NCBI GenBank assembly: GCA_026414995.1
Contig: JAOAHY010000004.1
Location: 12,485 to 76,484, forward strand
DNA from: Caldisericia bacterium
Lineage (GTDB): Bacteria > Caldisericota > Caldisericia > B22-G15
Direction of reading: 5' to 3'
DNA: 64,000 bases
Below, in pieces: positions 51,642-61,826 of the stretch. Position numbers and translations under genes: made by a program. Under the pieces are notes generated by a model that was given only the letters and a program-made list of their open reading frames with translations, was not told the origin of the DNA and did not search any database. Position 1 is the stretch's first letter, and every line of letters begins with the position of its first letter.

Positions 51642-52214
51642 TTATAATCTACCTAGTGGCATTAAATATAAAGGAGATTCATCTTCTCTTAATTTTAAAA
51701 TAATTTTAACTTCTTCATCAATAAATGCTCCTATTGCAACTGTTCCAATATTTAAAGAGGTTGCCATTAAATAAATATTTTGAGAAGAATGACCTGCTTC
51801 CATGTTAATATATCTTATACCTCTTTCTCCATATCTTCTAGTTGTTATACTATTGATTGATGTAATTATAATAATAGCAGAACTTTTTTTAATTGATGAT
51901 TGATTAAGACATGCTTTTGTTAGAGGAGTTGTAATATCATTATCAAAGATTTTAATTAATGAGTTTTGTTCGTAATCGTAGTAATAAAAACCAAAAGGAA
52001 TTCCAATTACTTTCTTAGAATAAATATAAAATCTTAAAGGATAAAGTGCTCCTGCTGATGGAATTTTTGTTGCAGCAAAAAGTATATTTGAAATTTCTTG
52101 AATTTCTAATGGTTCATCTTTATAATCTCTTATTGATTTTCTTTTTTTAATTGCATTTAATAAAGTAAAATTATTATCTAATGGTTCAGGCAAATTAATT
52201 TTTTCCATAATCAT
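51642..52214 (-). CDS. Nitroreductase-family protein
   Basis: RKSIRDY N-terminal motif. 190 aa. Confidence 0.6.
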   Translation of the reverse strand: MIMEKINLPEPLDNNFTLLNAIKKRKSIRDYKDEPLEIQEISNILFAATKIPSAGALYPLRFYIYSKKVIGIPFGFYYYDYEQNSLIKIFDNDITTPLTKACLNQSSIKKSSAIIIITSINSITTRRYGERGIRYINMEAGHSSQNIYLMATSLNIGTVAIGAFIDEEVKIILKLREDESPLYLMPLGRL

Positions 52215-53011
52215 TCAAAATTATAAAAATTCAATATAAAATCATTAGTTCTACCCATTTCATCAATTGCTAGAATATTAATCTGTTCATTGATAATATT
52301 GTAATTTGGATAATTTGATAATATGTAACCTGTGATTTTTAAATTATTTTTTTCTATGTTAAATGAAAATTTAATATAATTATAATTTGAAGAAATGGAC
52401 AAATTTTTTGTTAGTTGAGGAAGATTTTTTATAAATTCTATTGAATTGGAAACCAAATCTAAAACTAAAGGAAAATAATCAAGTGTTTCTTCAGGTAATT
52501 CTTTTTGATTGTAATAATATTTATCATCCTCTTTCTTAATTTCAACTTCTTTATTTAATAAAGGAGAGGTAATTTTAAAATAAAATTTTTCTAAATTACA
52601 ATAGAGATTAAAATTTTCTTTATCTCCGTTTAAATTTCCTATAAAATTAACATAAAAACTTTTTGAGGTTGAAACTTTTTCAATAATTTTTTTAATTATT
52701 TCCTCTTTTTTTGAATTTAATGATATTAGTTTTATTTCAACATTTGAATTTTCTTTGTAATTTATAAATTCATCATAAGGAAGATAATTTTCTTTGTAAA
52801 CAAAAATTTTAAAATTTTCTCCTTCGTTTTTAACTATCAATTCACCATTATTATCTGTTAAAAATTCTATATTATTTATTAAAATCTTAGCTTGAGATAT
52901 TTTATTTCCTAATTCATCAAGAACTATAATTTTTATATTATTCTCTCTTCTATAGCATGAAATAGAAGTTGACATTATTAATATTATTATCACTAATATA
53001 AATTTTTTCAT
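52211..53011 (-). CDS. Hypothetical secreted/lipoprotein-like protein
   Basis: Signal peptide MKKFILVIIILIMSTSISC. Beta-rich, 266 aa. Confidence 0.5.
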   Translation of the reverse strand: MKKFILVIIILIMSTSISCYRRENNIKIIVLDELGNKISQAKILINNIEFLTDNNGELIVKNEGENFKIFVYKENYLPYDEFINYKENSNVEIKLISLNSKKEEIIKKIIEKVSTSKSFYVNFIGNLNGDKENFNLYCNLEKFYFKITSPLLNKEVEIKKEDDKYYYNQKELPEETLDYFPLVLDLVSNSIEFIKNLPQLTKNLSISSNYNYIKFSFNIEKNNLKITGYILSNYPNYNIINEQINILAIDEMGRTNDFILNFYNFE

Positions 53012-53364
53012 GATTCAAGATCTATTGCTTTAGCATCAACCCATATACTTTCAAGATTGTAATAAATTCTTTTAATTGGATTAAATATATGAATCATAAC
53101 ATCTCCATAATCCATAATAATCCATGTTCCTTCATCGCTTCCATCAATTTTTTCTGGTAACCTTTTAATTTCTTTTTTCATTTTCATATATATATTATCC
53201 ATAATTGCTTTTGCTTGTATATCTGTGTCTGCAGAACATATAAATAAATAATCAAAAAGATAGGTTAATTTTCTCGTATCGAGACAGAGTATTTCATCAC
53301 CCTTTTTTTCTTTTATTGCTTCATAAATAGTTTTTAATATTCTATTTTTTTTCTTTCCAGCCAT
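53008..53364 (-). CDS. rsfS: Ribosomal silencing factor RsfS (Iojap)
   Basis: 118 aa. DYLFICSA...WIIMDYGDVMIHIF. Confidence 0.75.
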   Translation of the reverse strand: MAGKKKNRILKTIYEAIKEKKGDEILCLDTRKLTYLFDYLFICSADTDIQAKAIMDNIYMKMKKEIKRLPEKIDGSDEGTWIIMDYGDVMIHIFNPIKRIYYNLESIWVDAKAIDLES

Positions 53365-54002
53365 GGATCCTCTTCTTTATATAAATTATTTTTATAAATA
53401 TAATCTTCTACTTCTTTTGGTACTAGATATTTAATTGTATATCCATTTTTAATTCTTTGTCTTATTAAAGTCGAAGAGATTGATAGAGCTGGAACTTGAA
53501 GAGGAAATACTTTATCAATACAACACTCACCAATTTTACCTAATTTTTCTTTTAATCGTTTTAAACTATAACCAGGTCGTGTAGCAGCAATAAAATAACA
53601 CATTTGAAGAAGTTCTCTTGGGTTTTTCCATGTTAGAATACTCAATACAGCATCTGCTCCAGTAATAAAATAAATATCATATTTATCTTCAGTATAAACT
53701 TCTCTTAATTCTTTAATTGTGTCATAAGTATAACATTTACCTTTTCTATCAATTTCAATTCTTGAAACATAAAAATTTGGATTTGAAATTGTTGCTAGTA
53801 AAGTCATAACAAATCTTCTTTCAGGATCAAGCAATTTTGTTCTTTTTTTATAACCTGGAATACCAACTGGAATAAAAATGACCTTTTTAAGGTTATATTT
53901 AACTCTAGCTTCTTCTGCAACAACAAGATGACCTATATGTATTGGATTGAAAGAGCCGCCCATAATTCCTATTGCCTCTTTACTCATAATATCTAAATTC
54001 AA
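53334..54002 (-). CDS. nadD: Nicotinate-nucleotide adenylyltransferase
   Basis: GGSFNPIHIGH (H/T)xGH motif and later ISST-type motif. The true start may be an internal Met. Confidence 0.8.
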   Translation of the reverse strand: MNLDIMSKEAIGIMGGSFNPIHIGHLVVAEEARVKYNLKKVIFIPVGIPGYKKRTKLLDPERRFVMTLLATISNPNFYVSRIEIDRKGKCYTYDTIKELREVYTEDKYDIYFITGADAVLSILTWKNPRELLQMCYFIAATRPGYSLKRLKEKLGKIGECCIDKVFPLQVPALSISSTLIRQRIKNGYTIKYLVPKEVEDYIYKNNLYKEEDPWLERKKIEY

Positions 54003-55272
54003 TACCTCCTATTATTACTTTATCTCCATTTTTAATTCCTTTCTTCTTCAATTCTTCTTCAATTAAATATTTTTTTGAGATTTCTTGCAATTTTTTTATT
54101 CCATATTGCGAATCTAAATCTATACCTTTCACTATTCTTTCTAATTCTTCACTTTCAACAATATATTTATTTCCTTCTTTTCTAATTTTAATTTCAATAT
54201 CCCTTTTGATATCTTTTAATGTGTACTTTTTTTCTATTTCAATTTTCTCAAAAAACTTTCTAATTTCAACTTTGCCAATTCTATCTATAAGATCTTTTAT
54301 TCCAAAATTTAAAACTGCTGAAAATTTAATTGTATCTATATTTCTTTCTTTAAAATAATTTTCAACTTCTTCTAAGTTATGAGTTGGTAAATCTATTTTT
54401 GATAAAACAACAAAATATTCTTTATTTAAAATTTCTTTATTATAATTCTCAATTTCATTTATTAAGTTTTCATATTGAATAATTGGATTCAATGCTTCTA
54501 AACTTGAATTCAGTACAAAAATCAAAAAATATGTTCTTTCAATATGTCTTAAAAATTCTAATCCAAGTCCTTTTCCTTGAGATGCACCATCAATAATTCC
54601 AGGCAAATCAACTATTGTTAAACTTTTTTTATCATCTATTCTTACCTCACCTATAACAGGAGTCAAAGTTGTGAATGGATATGGAGCAATTTTAGGTTTA
54701 GCATTACTTATTTTTGAAAGAATTGTAGATTTACCAACATTTGGATAACCAACAAGACCACCATCTGCTATTATCTTTAATTCAAGTAAAACTTTCTTTT
54801 CTTCGCCTTTTTCGCCTAATTCTCTAATTCTTGGTGCTCTATCTGTTGGAGTTGCAAAACTAGCGTTGCCTCTACCACCTTTTCCACCTCTGCACAAAAT
54901 AAACTCTTCTCCATCCTCAGTAAGGTCTTTTAATAATTCTCCTGTTTCTAAATCCCAAACAAGAGTTCCTGGTGGAACTTCAATTATTAAATCTTCTCCA
55001 TCCTTCCCCTTTTTGTTATCTCCTTCTCCATTTTTGCCATCTTCTGCTTTAAATATGTTTTTATATTTAAATTTAGTTAATGTATTTAGATTTGAATTGA
55101 CTTTTAAAATAATATCTCCACCTTTACCACCATCTCCACCAGATGGTCCGCCATATGGAACAAATTTTTCTCTTCTAAATGCTATGACTCCATCCCCCCC
55201 ATCACCTGCTTTACAATATATTTCAGCTAGATCAAATGAATATTTTTTACTATATTTCTTTGGGATAGACAC
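53980..55272 (-). CDS. obg: GTPase Obg/CgtA
   Basis: Obg N-domain glycine-rich repeats, G-domain [10 protein letters not shown]-terminal TGS-like domain. 430 aa. Confidence 0.85.
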   Translation of the reverse strand: MSIPKKYSKKYSFDLAEIYCKAGDGGDGVIAFRREKFVPYGGPSGGDGGKGGDIILKVNSNLNTLTKFKYKNIFKAEDGKNGEGDNKKGKDGEDLIIEVPPGTLVWDLETGELLKDLTEDGEEFILCRGGKGGRGNASFATPTDRAPRIRELGEKGEEKKVLLELKIIADGGLVGYPNVGKSTILSKISNAKPKIAPYPFTTLTPVIGEVRIDDKKSLTIVDLPGIIDGASQGKGLGLEFLRHIERTYFLIFVLNSSLEALNPIIQYENLINEIENYNKEILNKEYFVVLSKIDLPTHNLEEVENYFKERNIDTIKFSAVLNFGIKDLIDRIGKVEIRKFFEKIEIEKKYTLKDIKRDIEIKIRKEGNKYIVESEELERIVKGIDLDSQYGIKKLQEISKKYLIEEELKKKGIKNGDKVIIGGIEFRYYE

Positions 55273-55507
55273 TTACTCTTTTTTTACCTCTATAATCTTC
55301 AAATTTAACAACCCCTTCAATTGTTGCTAATATTGAATAATCTCTAGCAAGCAAAGTATTTAAACCAGGAATAACTTTTGTTCCTCTTTGTCTTACTATT
55401 ATTGTTCCAGGTTTTACAAATTCTCCTTCAAAATATTTTATTCCTAGATATTTTGGATTTGAATCTCTACCGTTTTTTGCTCTGCCACCACTTTTCTTAT
55501 GCGCCAT
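55250..55507 (-). CDS. rpmA: 50S ribosomal protein L27
   Basis: [25 protein letters not shown]-terminus. Confidence 0.9.
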   Translation of the reverse strand: MAHKKSGGRAKNGRDSNPKYLGIKYFEGEFVKPGTIIVRQRGTKVIPGLNTLLARDYSILATIEGVVKFEDYRGKKRVSVYPKEI

Positions 55508-55508
55508 A

Positions 55509-55826
55509 TTAACCTCCTATTTCAATTTTTTCAATTTTAAGCATTGTTTTTGGTTGTCTATGTCCCAACATTCTTTTATGAGTTGTTTTTGCATGATAAA
55601 AGAAAACTTTTATCTTTTTTTCTCTTAACTGGTTAGTTATCTTACAATGAACTTTTACATTTTTAACATAGGGATTTCCAACTAAAAATTCACCATCTTT
55701 TTTAACAAAAAGAACATTATTAATAAGAATTTCACTTCCTATATCGCCTTTTATTTTTTCAACTTTAATAGAATCGTTCTCTTTAACTAGATATTGTTTT
55801 CCACCAATTTCAACTATCGCAAACAC
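55509..55826 (-). CDS. rplU: 50S ribosomal protein L21
   Basis: [15 protein letters not shown]-terminus. 105 aa. Confidence 0.9.
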   Translation of the reverse strand: MFAIVEIGGKQYLVKENDSIKVEKIKGDIGSEILINNVLFVKKDGEFLVGNPYVKNVKVHCKITNQLREKKIKVFFYHAKTTHKRMLGHRQPKTMLKIEKIEIGG

Positions 55827-55885
55827 CTTATAACCTCCTAAATAAATAACTTTTTAAACTAATAATTTATAACAAAAAATTTCAT

Positions 55886-56275
55886 TTAATTCAAGTAGTT
55901 TTGCATTTTATCATAAGTGAAACCTAATGGTTTTAAAAGTTTTTCAATATAATTTAAATTAACTTCTTTTCCTTTAAACTTTAAAAAATCTTTAATTATA
56001 TCTATAAAGTTCTTTAAAAATTTATCCTTATCTTCATTGTATAACTTTTCAATAAATATTCCAAAAGTATCAGGTGCTATTTCTGTTTTTCCTCTAAATG
56101 AGAATAGTAAAAAACTAATATTGTTTAAATAATCTTCTGTTAATTTCCATAAATCAATAAGATTTAATTTTTCTAAATTTTCTTTGAAATTTTTTGATTG
56201 AAGATAATCTTTAAAACCATCTTTTATTAAATTATTAACTAAATTTGCAATTTTTTTATTTTGAATAAAACTCAT
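55886..56275 (-). CDS. Hypothetical protein
   Basis: 129 aa with a 4-nt overlap with the upstream DHH phosphoesterase gene. No family recognised. Confidence 0.45.
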   Translation of the reverse strand: MSFIQNKKIANLVNNLIKDGFKDYLQSKNFKENLEKLNLIDLWKLTEDYLNNISFLLFSFRGKTEIAPDTFGIFIEKLYNEDKDKFLKNFIDIIKDFLKFKGKEVNLNYIEKLLKPLGFTYDKMQNYLN

Positions 56276-57315
56276 ATGCTTACCTCAAAATATGAATTTG
56301 AAATTTTATTAATAAACTCATTCCATTTTTCAATTGAAACAATACCACCAGTTGCTCTCTCATGCCCGAAACCTAAATCTTCTTCAATGCTTGGTTCAAG
56401 AAAATTTCTTAAAAATTCTAGAAGTGAAATATTTAATGATGTTCTCATAGAAAAACTTACTTTGTTTTTGATATATCCAAAGTTAGCACAAATAACAATA
56501 TATTTATCTAGTATATTTTTCCAAATTTGGGCAATTACAGGGTGAATCAGATTTTCAGAGTTAATTTCTATTATTGCAATTTGTTTAATAAACTTTGGCT
56601 TAACTTTTTTCCACTTTTCTATATCTTTCTTAATAATCTCTTTATATATTTCAAGTTGTTTCTTATATGATGATTCAATTAACAAATCTGAAAAATTTTC
56701 AGATTCAATCAAATATTTAAATGATAATTCTATGTCAAATTCTTTTACTCTTCTTGCTGAATTAATAAGCGAAGAAACATATGAAATCTCTTTTTTCTTA
56801 TAATTTTTAAACAATTCTTTAATCATTGGTGCATCAATATCTACACCATAATCACCAACTTCGCCTATTAAACCTATATAATCTTTTGGATTTAAATTAA
56901 TTTTATTAAGCAAAAGATATGAGAGATATGAAGTTGATATGTAAGGTGGTGGAGGAAAACTTGAAAATAATATTCCATTATCAGGGATTCCCTCTGGTTT
57001 ATGATGATCTATTAATATTATCCTTTTTATATTATCAAATTTAGTCTTATAAGAGCCTAAATCTAAAATAAATAGGAAATTTGGATTAATTTCCTTAATT
57101 CTTTTTTTTATACCTTCAGAATAACCATTTTCTCCTTTATTAGGAAATAAAATATTTATATTTTTAAAATTTAAAGAATTAAAAATTTTAAATATTATTG
57201 CACCACTAGAAACACCATCTGAATCAACATGAGTTAAAATTAAAATTTTATCTTCTTTACTTATTTCAGAAAAAACTTTTTCAAAATCTCTTGAAACTAC
57301 TTCAAGATCAAGCAT
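56272..57315 (-). CDS. DHH/DHHA1-family phosphoesterase (NrnA-like nanoRNase / pAp phosphatase)
   Basis: LTHVDSDGVSSG and DHH motifs plus a GGH-like C-terminal region. 347 aa. Confidence 0.7.
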   Translation of the reverse strand: MLDLEVVSRDFEKVFSEISKEDKILILTHVDSDGVSSGAIIFKIFNSLNFKNINILFPNKGENGYSEGIKKRIKEINPNFLFILDLGSYKTKFDNIKRIILIDHHKPEGIPDNGILFSSFPPPPYISTSYLSYLLLNKINLNPKDYIGLIGEVGDYGVDIDAPMIKELFKNYKKKEISYVSSLINSARRVKEFDIELSFKYLIESENFSDLLIESSYKKQLEIYKEIIKKDIEKWKKVKPKFIKQIAIIEINSENLIHPVIAQIWKNILDKYIVICANFGYIKNKVSFSMRTSLNISLLEFLRNFLEPSIEEDLGFGHERATGGIVSIEKWNEFINKISNSYFEVSI

Positions 57316-57331
57316 ATATTATAATTATTAT

Positions 57332-57655
57332 ATGAAAGAGATAAAAAAGGAAGAGATTTTAAATATAAAAGAAGTTGTATCTGATGTTTGTTTATTTTGT
57401 GATGCTCCTTGCTGCAAGGAAAATTTTGTTCCTTTAACTACTGAAGAAGTCAAAAGTGGAAAGTATGAGGCAGTTTTTAATTCAATTTTTGATTTCAACA
57501 CAAAGAAATTAGAAACTGGATACTTTTTAAAAAGAAAAAAAGATGGAAGTTGTATATATTTAAATGAAGTAAATTTATGCACTATATGGAGAGAAAGACC
57601 AAAAGCATGTAGAATATATGTCTGTGAAAAAATTAAAGAAGACGTGAACCATTAA
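57332..57655 (+). CDS. YkgJ/UPF0153-type Cys-cluster (zinc/iron-chelating) protein
   Basis: CLFCDAPCC plus C-terminal CRIYVC. 107 aa. Confidence 0.55.
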   Translation: MKEIKKEEILNIKEVVSDVCLFCDAPCCKENFVPLTTEEVKSGKYEAVFNSIFDFNTKKLETGYFLKRKKDGSCIYLNEVNLCTIWRERPKACRIYVCEKIKEDVNH

Positions 57656-58292
57656 TATCAAGATGAAATTCACAATTTAGAACTTTTGAAGCATTTTTAC
57701 ACATAACCATTCTAGATAAAAATATTTCAAAGTACTCCATTGGTTTAGAGATTTCTGTATTAATGGTAAGTTCAAGTATTATTTCCTTTTTCTTTTCATT
57801 AACCCATAAAAAGGATTTTTCAACTGCATAATTTACTCTATCATGTATATCAAAATATTCTGGTTTTGTTCTAACTCTTGATCTATGAGCATCAGATTTA
57901 TCTGCAAGTACCACTGCAGCAGTTATTGGATTTGAAATGTGTCCTATCTTTTCATCGTGATTACTAATTGCTTCCATAATAAGTGCTATATCTTCAGGTG
58001 GAAAGTTTAAATCTTTTAAAACATGAAATGCTATCAATGCTCCACCAATTGTATGAAAATCTCTACCAATAAAATTACCTATATCATGAAGATAAGCTGC
58101 AATTTTTGCAAGAAGTTGTTCTCTTTCTGAATATCCTAATCTTTTCAAAATATTTTCACTTATTTCTGATACAAGAGTTAAATGTCTAAATCCATGTTCA
58201 GTATAACCTAATGATTCAAGATATTTATCTGATCTTTCTATAAATGATTTAATTATTGGGTGATTTTTTACAATTTCAAACTTTTCAAGCAT
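57633..58292 (-). CDS. HD-domain phosphohydrolase
   Basis: HxxxxxH...HD motif (GFRHLTLVSEI...YLHDIGN). 219 aa. Confidence 0.65.
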   Translation of the reverse strand: MLEKFEIVKNHPIIKSFIERSDKYLESLGYTEHGFRHLTLVSEISENILKRLGYSEREQLLAKIAAYLHDIGNFIGRDFHTIGGALIAFHVLKDLNFPPEDIALIMEAISNHDEKIGHISNPITAAVVLADKSDAHRSRVRTKPEYFDIHDRVNYAVEKSFLWVNEKKKEIILELTINTEISKPMEYFEIFLSRMVMCKNASKVLNCEFHLDINGSRLL

Positions 58293-58594
58293 TAAAAGAT
58301 CTCTTCAGATATTAACTCTTTATCCGTTTCAAATGAAAGTAAAACTGCATCTGGAAGATTTTGAAGAAAGTTTTCAATTTTATAAACTGTTGAGTCAAGT
58401 TCATTTTTTGATGTATTCAAGGTTATAAGGTAAATTTTTGAAAGTTCGCACTTTTCATTTTCTCTATCTTCTGCAAGAGCTACATTGAATCTATTTTTTA
58501 ATTTTGTAATTACTGAACTTGTAACCCTTCTTTTATCTTTAAGAGTTCTTGCACCAGGTATGCCAATTTCAAAAATGATTAAAGCATAATACAT
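58292..58594 (-). CDS. DUF503 (YlxP-like) protein downstream of infB
   Basis: 100 aa. Conserved operon position after infB. Confidence 0.5.
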   Translation of the reverse strand: MYYALIIFEIGIPGARTLKDKRRVTSSVITKLKNRFNVALAEDRENEKCELSKIYLITLNTSKNELDSTVYKIENFLQNLPDAVLLSFETDKELISEEIF

Positions 58595-58595
58595 C

Positions 58596-60473
58596 TTAGG
58601 ACCCCTTTTCTTTTAACTCAAATAATTCAATTAAATCTCCCTCTTTTATATCTTTAACACCATCAACTTTAATACCACACTCATAACCCTCCATAACTTC
58701 TTTAACATCATCTTTAAATCTCTTTAATGAAGTTATTTTTCCTTCTCCGATTACTTTTCCTTCTCTTATTACTCTTACTGTACCATCTCTTATAATTTTT
58801 CCTTCTCTTACAATTGAACCTGCTATTATTCCTACATTACTTACATTAAAAAGTTTTTTGACTTCAGCTTTTCCAACAACAACTTCCACATATTCTGGTT
58901 TAACTAAACCCTTTACAAAATTTGAAACCCAATCTTGTAATTCATAAATCAAATCAAAAGTATAAATCTTTACTCTTGCTCTTTCTGGAAGCCTTTTTAA
59001 CATAGGATTTTCTTTTGTGTTAAAACCTAAAATAATTGCATTTGAAGCAACTGCAAGTAATACATCTGATTCATTTATATTTCCTACTCCTGTATATATA
59101 AATTCTATTTTAACATCTCCAGTATCTATTGCATTTATAACGTTTTTTACTGCATCAAGAGAACCATAAGTGTCTGTTTTTAAAATAATGTGAAGTTTTT
59201 TCTCTTCTTCTAATCTTTCAAAAAGTTCATCTAAAGATATTGGTTTTTCTTTTATTGTTTCTTTTTTACTTAATTCAATTTTTTCAAGTTTTTCAAGAAC
59301 TATATCTTCAGAATCATATCCGAGAAGAATTTCTCCAGGATGTGGTGTTTCTTTTAAACCTAATATTTCTATTGGAATAGTCTCATTTACTTCTCTTAAA
59401 CTTTTTTGTGATTCAGTATTAATCATTCTTATTTTTCCATAAGTTTCTCCAACCATAACCCAATCACCACATTTTAAAACACCTGCTTGCAAAATTAAAT
59501 TTGCAAGAGGACCCACTTTTGGATCAAGTTTTGCTTCTATAATAGTTCCTGCTGGTCTTTTTTCATCTGATCTTGAAATTTCTTCTATTTCTCCTAAAAG
59601 TAATATACTATCAAGTAAATCATTTACACCAACACCGCTTTTTGCTGATGTATTTACAAATATTGTATCTCCACCCCATTCTTCAGGAAGGAGACCATAA
59701 TTTGAAAGTTGCTGTTTTACTCTTTCTGGATCTGCTCCTTCTTTATCTATTTTATTTACAGCAACTATTATAGGTACATTTGCTGCTTTTGCATGATTTA
59801 ATGCTTCAATTGTTTGTTCCTTTACCCCCTCATCTGCTGCAACTACAAGAACAACGATATCTGTTACAAACGAACCTCTTACTCTCATTTCAGTAAATGC
59901 TTCATGACCTGGAGTATCAATAAATATTATTTTTTTATTTTTATAATTTATTTCTGATGCACCAATTTTTTGTGTAATTCCACCTTTTTCTCTTAATGCA
60001 ATATTAGTTTTTCTTATGTAATCAAGAAGGGTTGTTTTTCCATGGTCAATATGTCCCATAACTGTTACAACTGGAGGTCTAGGTTTAAAATTTTGAGGAA
60101 GTGGAGGAATTATATCTGTAATTGGTTTTTTGAATTGATTTGCAATTCTTGCAGCAATTGGAAATGGAATTTCATCATCTATATCTTCTCTTACAATCCC
60201 CCATTTTAAAATATATGGAGTTATAATTTTAAATGATAAATTTAAATGTTTACAAAGTTCTCTTATTTTAATATTTCCTTTTACTTCTTTTTCTCTTCTT
60301 TCCCTTTCCTCTTTATCCTTCAAAACAAGTTCTTTAACAACATTTGCAGTATCTTCTTCTATTGTTGAAAGATTTCCTTTCACTTCAACACCAAGATCTT
60401 TTAAATATTTTACAAGTTCAGTTGTTGATATACCAATCTCCTTTGCTAAACTAAACACTCTGTATTTTTTCAT
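58596..60473 (-). CDS. infB: Translation initiation factor IF-2
   Basis: G-domain GHIDHGKTTLLD, DTPGHEAF, NKID. 625 aa. Confidence 0.92.
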   Translation of the reverse strand: MKKYRVFSLAKEIGISTTELVKYLKDLGVEVKGNLSTIEEDTANVVKELVLKDKEERERREKEVKGNIKIRELCKHLNLSFKIITPYILKWGIVREDIDDEIPFPIAARIANQFKKPITDIIPPLPQNFKPRPPVVTVMGHIDHGKTTLLDYIRKTNIALREKGGITQKIGASEINYKNKKIIFIDTPGHEAFTEMRVRGSFVTDIVVLVVAADEGVKEQTIEALNHAKAANVPIIVAVNKIDKEGADPERVKQQLSNYGLLPEEWGGDTIFVNTSAKSGVGVNDLLDSILLLGEIEEISRSDEKRPAGTIIEAKLDPKVGPLANLILQAGVLKCGDWVMVGETYGKIRMINTESQKSLREVNETIPIEILGLKETPHPGEILLGYDSEDIVLEKLEKIELSKKETIKEKPISLDELFERLEEEKKLHIILKTDTYGSLDAVKNVINAIDTGDVKIEFIYTGVGNINESDVLLAVASNAIILGFNTKENPMLKRLPERARVKIYTFDLIYELQDWVSNFVKGLVKPEYVEVVVGKAEVKKLFNVSNVGIIAGSIVREGKIIRDGTVRVIREGKVIGEGKITSLKRFKDDVKEVMEGYECGIKVDGVKDIKEGDLIELFELKEKGS

Positions 60474-60747
60474 TCTTCACCTCTTTTATATATTCAAAAA
60501 GTTCCTCTTTCATTCTAATTTTTAATTTAGAATCAATTTGATCAACTCTTAATACTTTTTCTAACCTTTTTTTAGTAAAAGCTTTATTAATACAATTTTT
60601 ATCTTTACAAATATATGCACTTCTTCCAAAAATTTTATATTCATTATCTATTAAAATATTTAAATCTTTAGTTCTAACAACTCTTAAAAATTCTTTTTTT
60701 ACTCTTTGTTTTTTACAAGAGATACATCTTCTTAAAATTTCTTTCAT
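60451..60747 (-). CDS. YlxR-family (DUF448) RNA-binding protein. The ORF track starts at 60792, but the Met at 60747 avoids overlap with nusA.
   Basis: RRCISCKK...LLRVVR motif. Lies between nusA and infB. Confidence 0.6.
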   Translation of the reverse strand: MKEILRRCISCKKQRVKKEFLRVVRTKDLNILIDNEYKIFGRSAYICKDKNCINKAFTKKRLEKVLRVDQIDSKLKIRMKEELFEYIKEVKNEKIQSV

Positions 60748-60751
60748 AATT

Positions 60752-61780
60752 TTATCTAAGTTCAATTGTGTAACCAGTAAGTTTTGAAGCAAGCTTTACA
60801 TTAACTCCTTCTTTTCCAATAGCAAGAGGTATTTGATCTTGTGGAAGAATAACAATTGCCTTTTTATCAATTATTTCTACTTTTTCAACTTTTGCAGGAG
60901 AAAGTGCATATTTTATATATTCTTTAGGATCATCAGACCATCTTACAATGTCAATTTTTTCTCCTGCTAATTCTTTTGAAATACTTGTTATCCTAACTCC
61001 TTTTGCACCAATACATGCTCCAACTGGGTCAACATCGCTTTTATATGAATGTACTGCAACTTTTGCTCTTTCACCTGGTTCTCTTACAACCCCCTTTATT
61101 TCTACAATTCCATCAATAATTTCTGGTATCTCTTTTTCTAAAAGATATTTCAAAAGATTGTTATCAATTCTTGATAGAATTATATCCGGACCTTTTGGTG
61201 TTTTAACAACATCAACTATGTAAACTTTTATTTCCTTTCCAACAAAATATTCTTCTTTAGGAATTTTTAAATTTTTTGGTATTCTTCCTTCTCCTCTTTC
61301 AAATTTGACAAATATATCTGGGCCTATTATTCTAGAGACTTTACCAGTTAATACCTTTCCTACTTTATCTTTAAATTCATCATATATAGTCTCTCTCTCA
61401 AGAGCAACAATTCGTTGAATCAAGACTTGTTTAGCTACTTGCATTGCAACAAATCCGAGTTTTTCTGGAAGAATCTCTATATCTAATACTTCATCTAATA
61501 CCACATCTTTTTTAATATTTTGAGCGTCTTTAAGAGAGATTTCTGTTGAATTTTGAGCGTCTTTAACTACTTTTACTCTTTTAAATATTTTAATTTCTCC
61601 TGTATCTTTATTTATATTAACTATAATATCTCCACTATTTGGAAATTTTTTTTTATAAGCAACTTTAATGGCATCTTCTAATGATGCCAAAATTTTTTCT
61701 TTTGGAATACCTTTTTGTTTCTCAAATTCTTCTATTGCTTCTATTAATTCGTTGGTCAAAACTATTCCTCCTAAAAACAC
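60752..61780 (-). CDS. nusA: Transcription termination/antitermination factor NusA
   Basis: N-domain, S1 domain and two KH domains (GACIGAKGVRI, AIGKEGVNV). 342 aa. Confidence 0.9.
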   Translation of the reverse strand: MFLGGIVLTNELIEAIEEFEKQKGIPKEKILASLEDAIKVAYKKKFPNSGDIIVNINKDTGEIKIFKRVKVVKDAQNSTEISLKDAQNIKKDVVLDEVLDIEILPEKLGFVAMQVAKQVLIQRIVALERETIYDEFKDKVGKVLTGKVSRIIGPDIFVKFERGEGRIPKNLKIPKEEYFVGKEIKVYIVDVVKTPKGPDIILSRIDNNLLKYLLEKEIPEIIDGIVEIKGVVREPGERAKVAVHSYKSDVDPVGACIGAKGVRITSISKELAGEKIDIVRWSDDPKEYIKYALSPAKVEKVEIIDKKAIVILPQDQIPLAIGKEGVNVKLASKLTGYTIELR

Positions 61781-61826
61781 TCTTAAACTATTATAGCATA
61801 AATATTTGTCTATTTTAAATTAGTTA

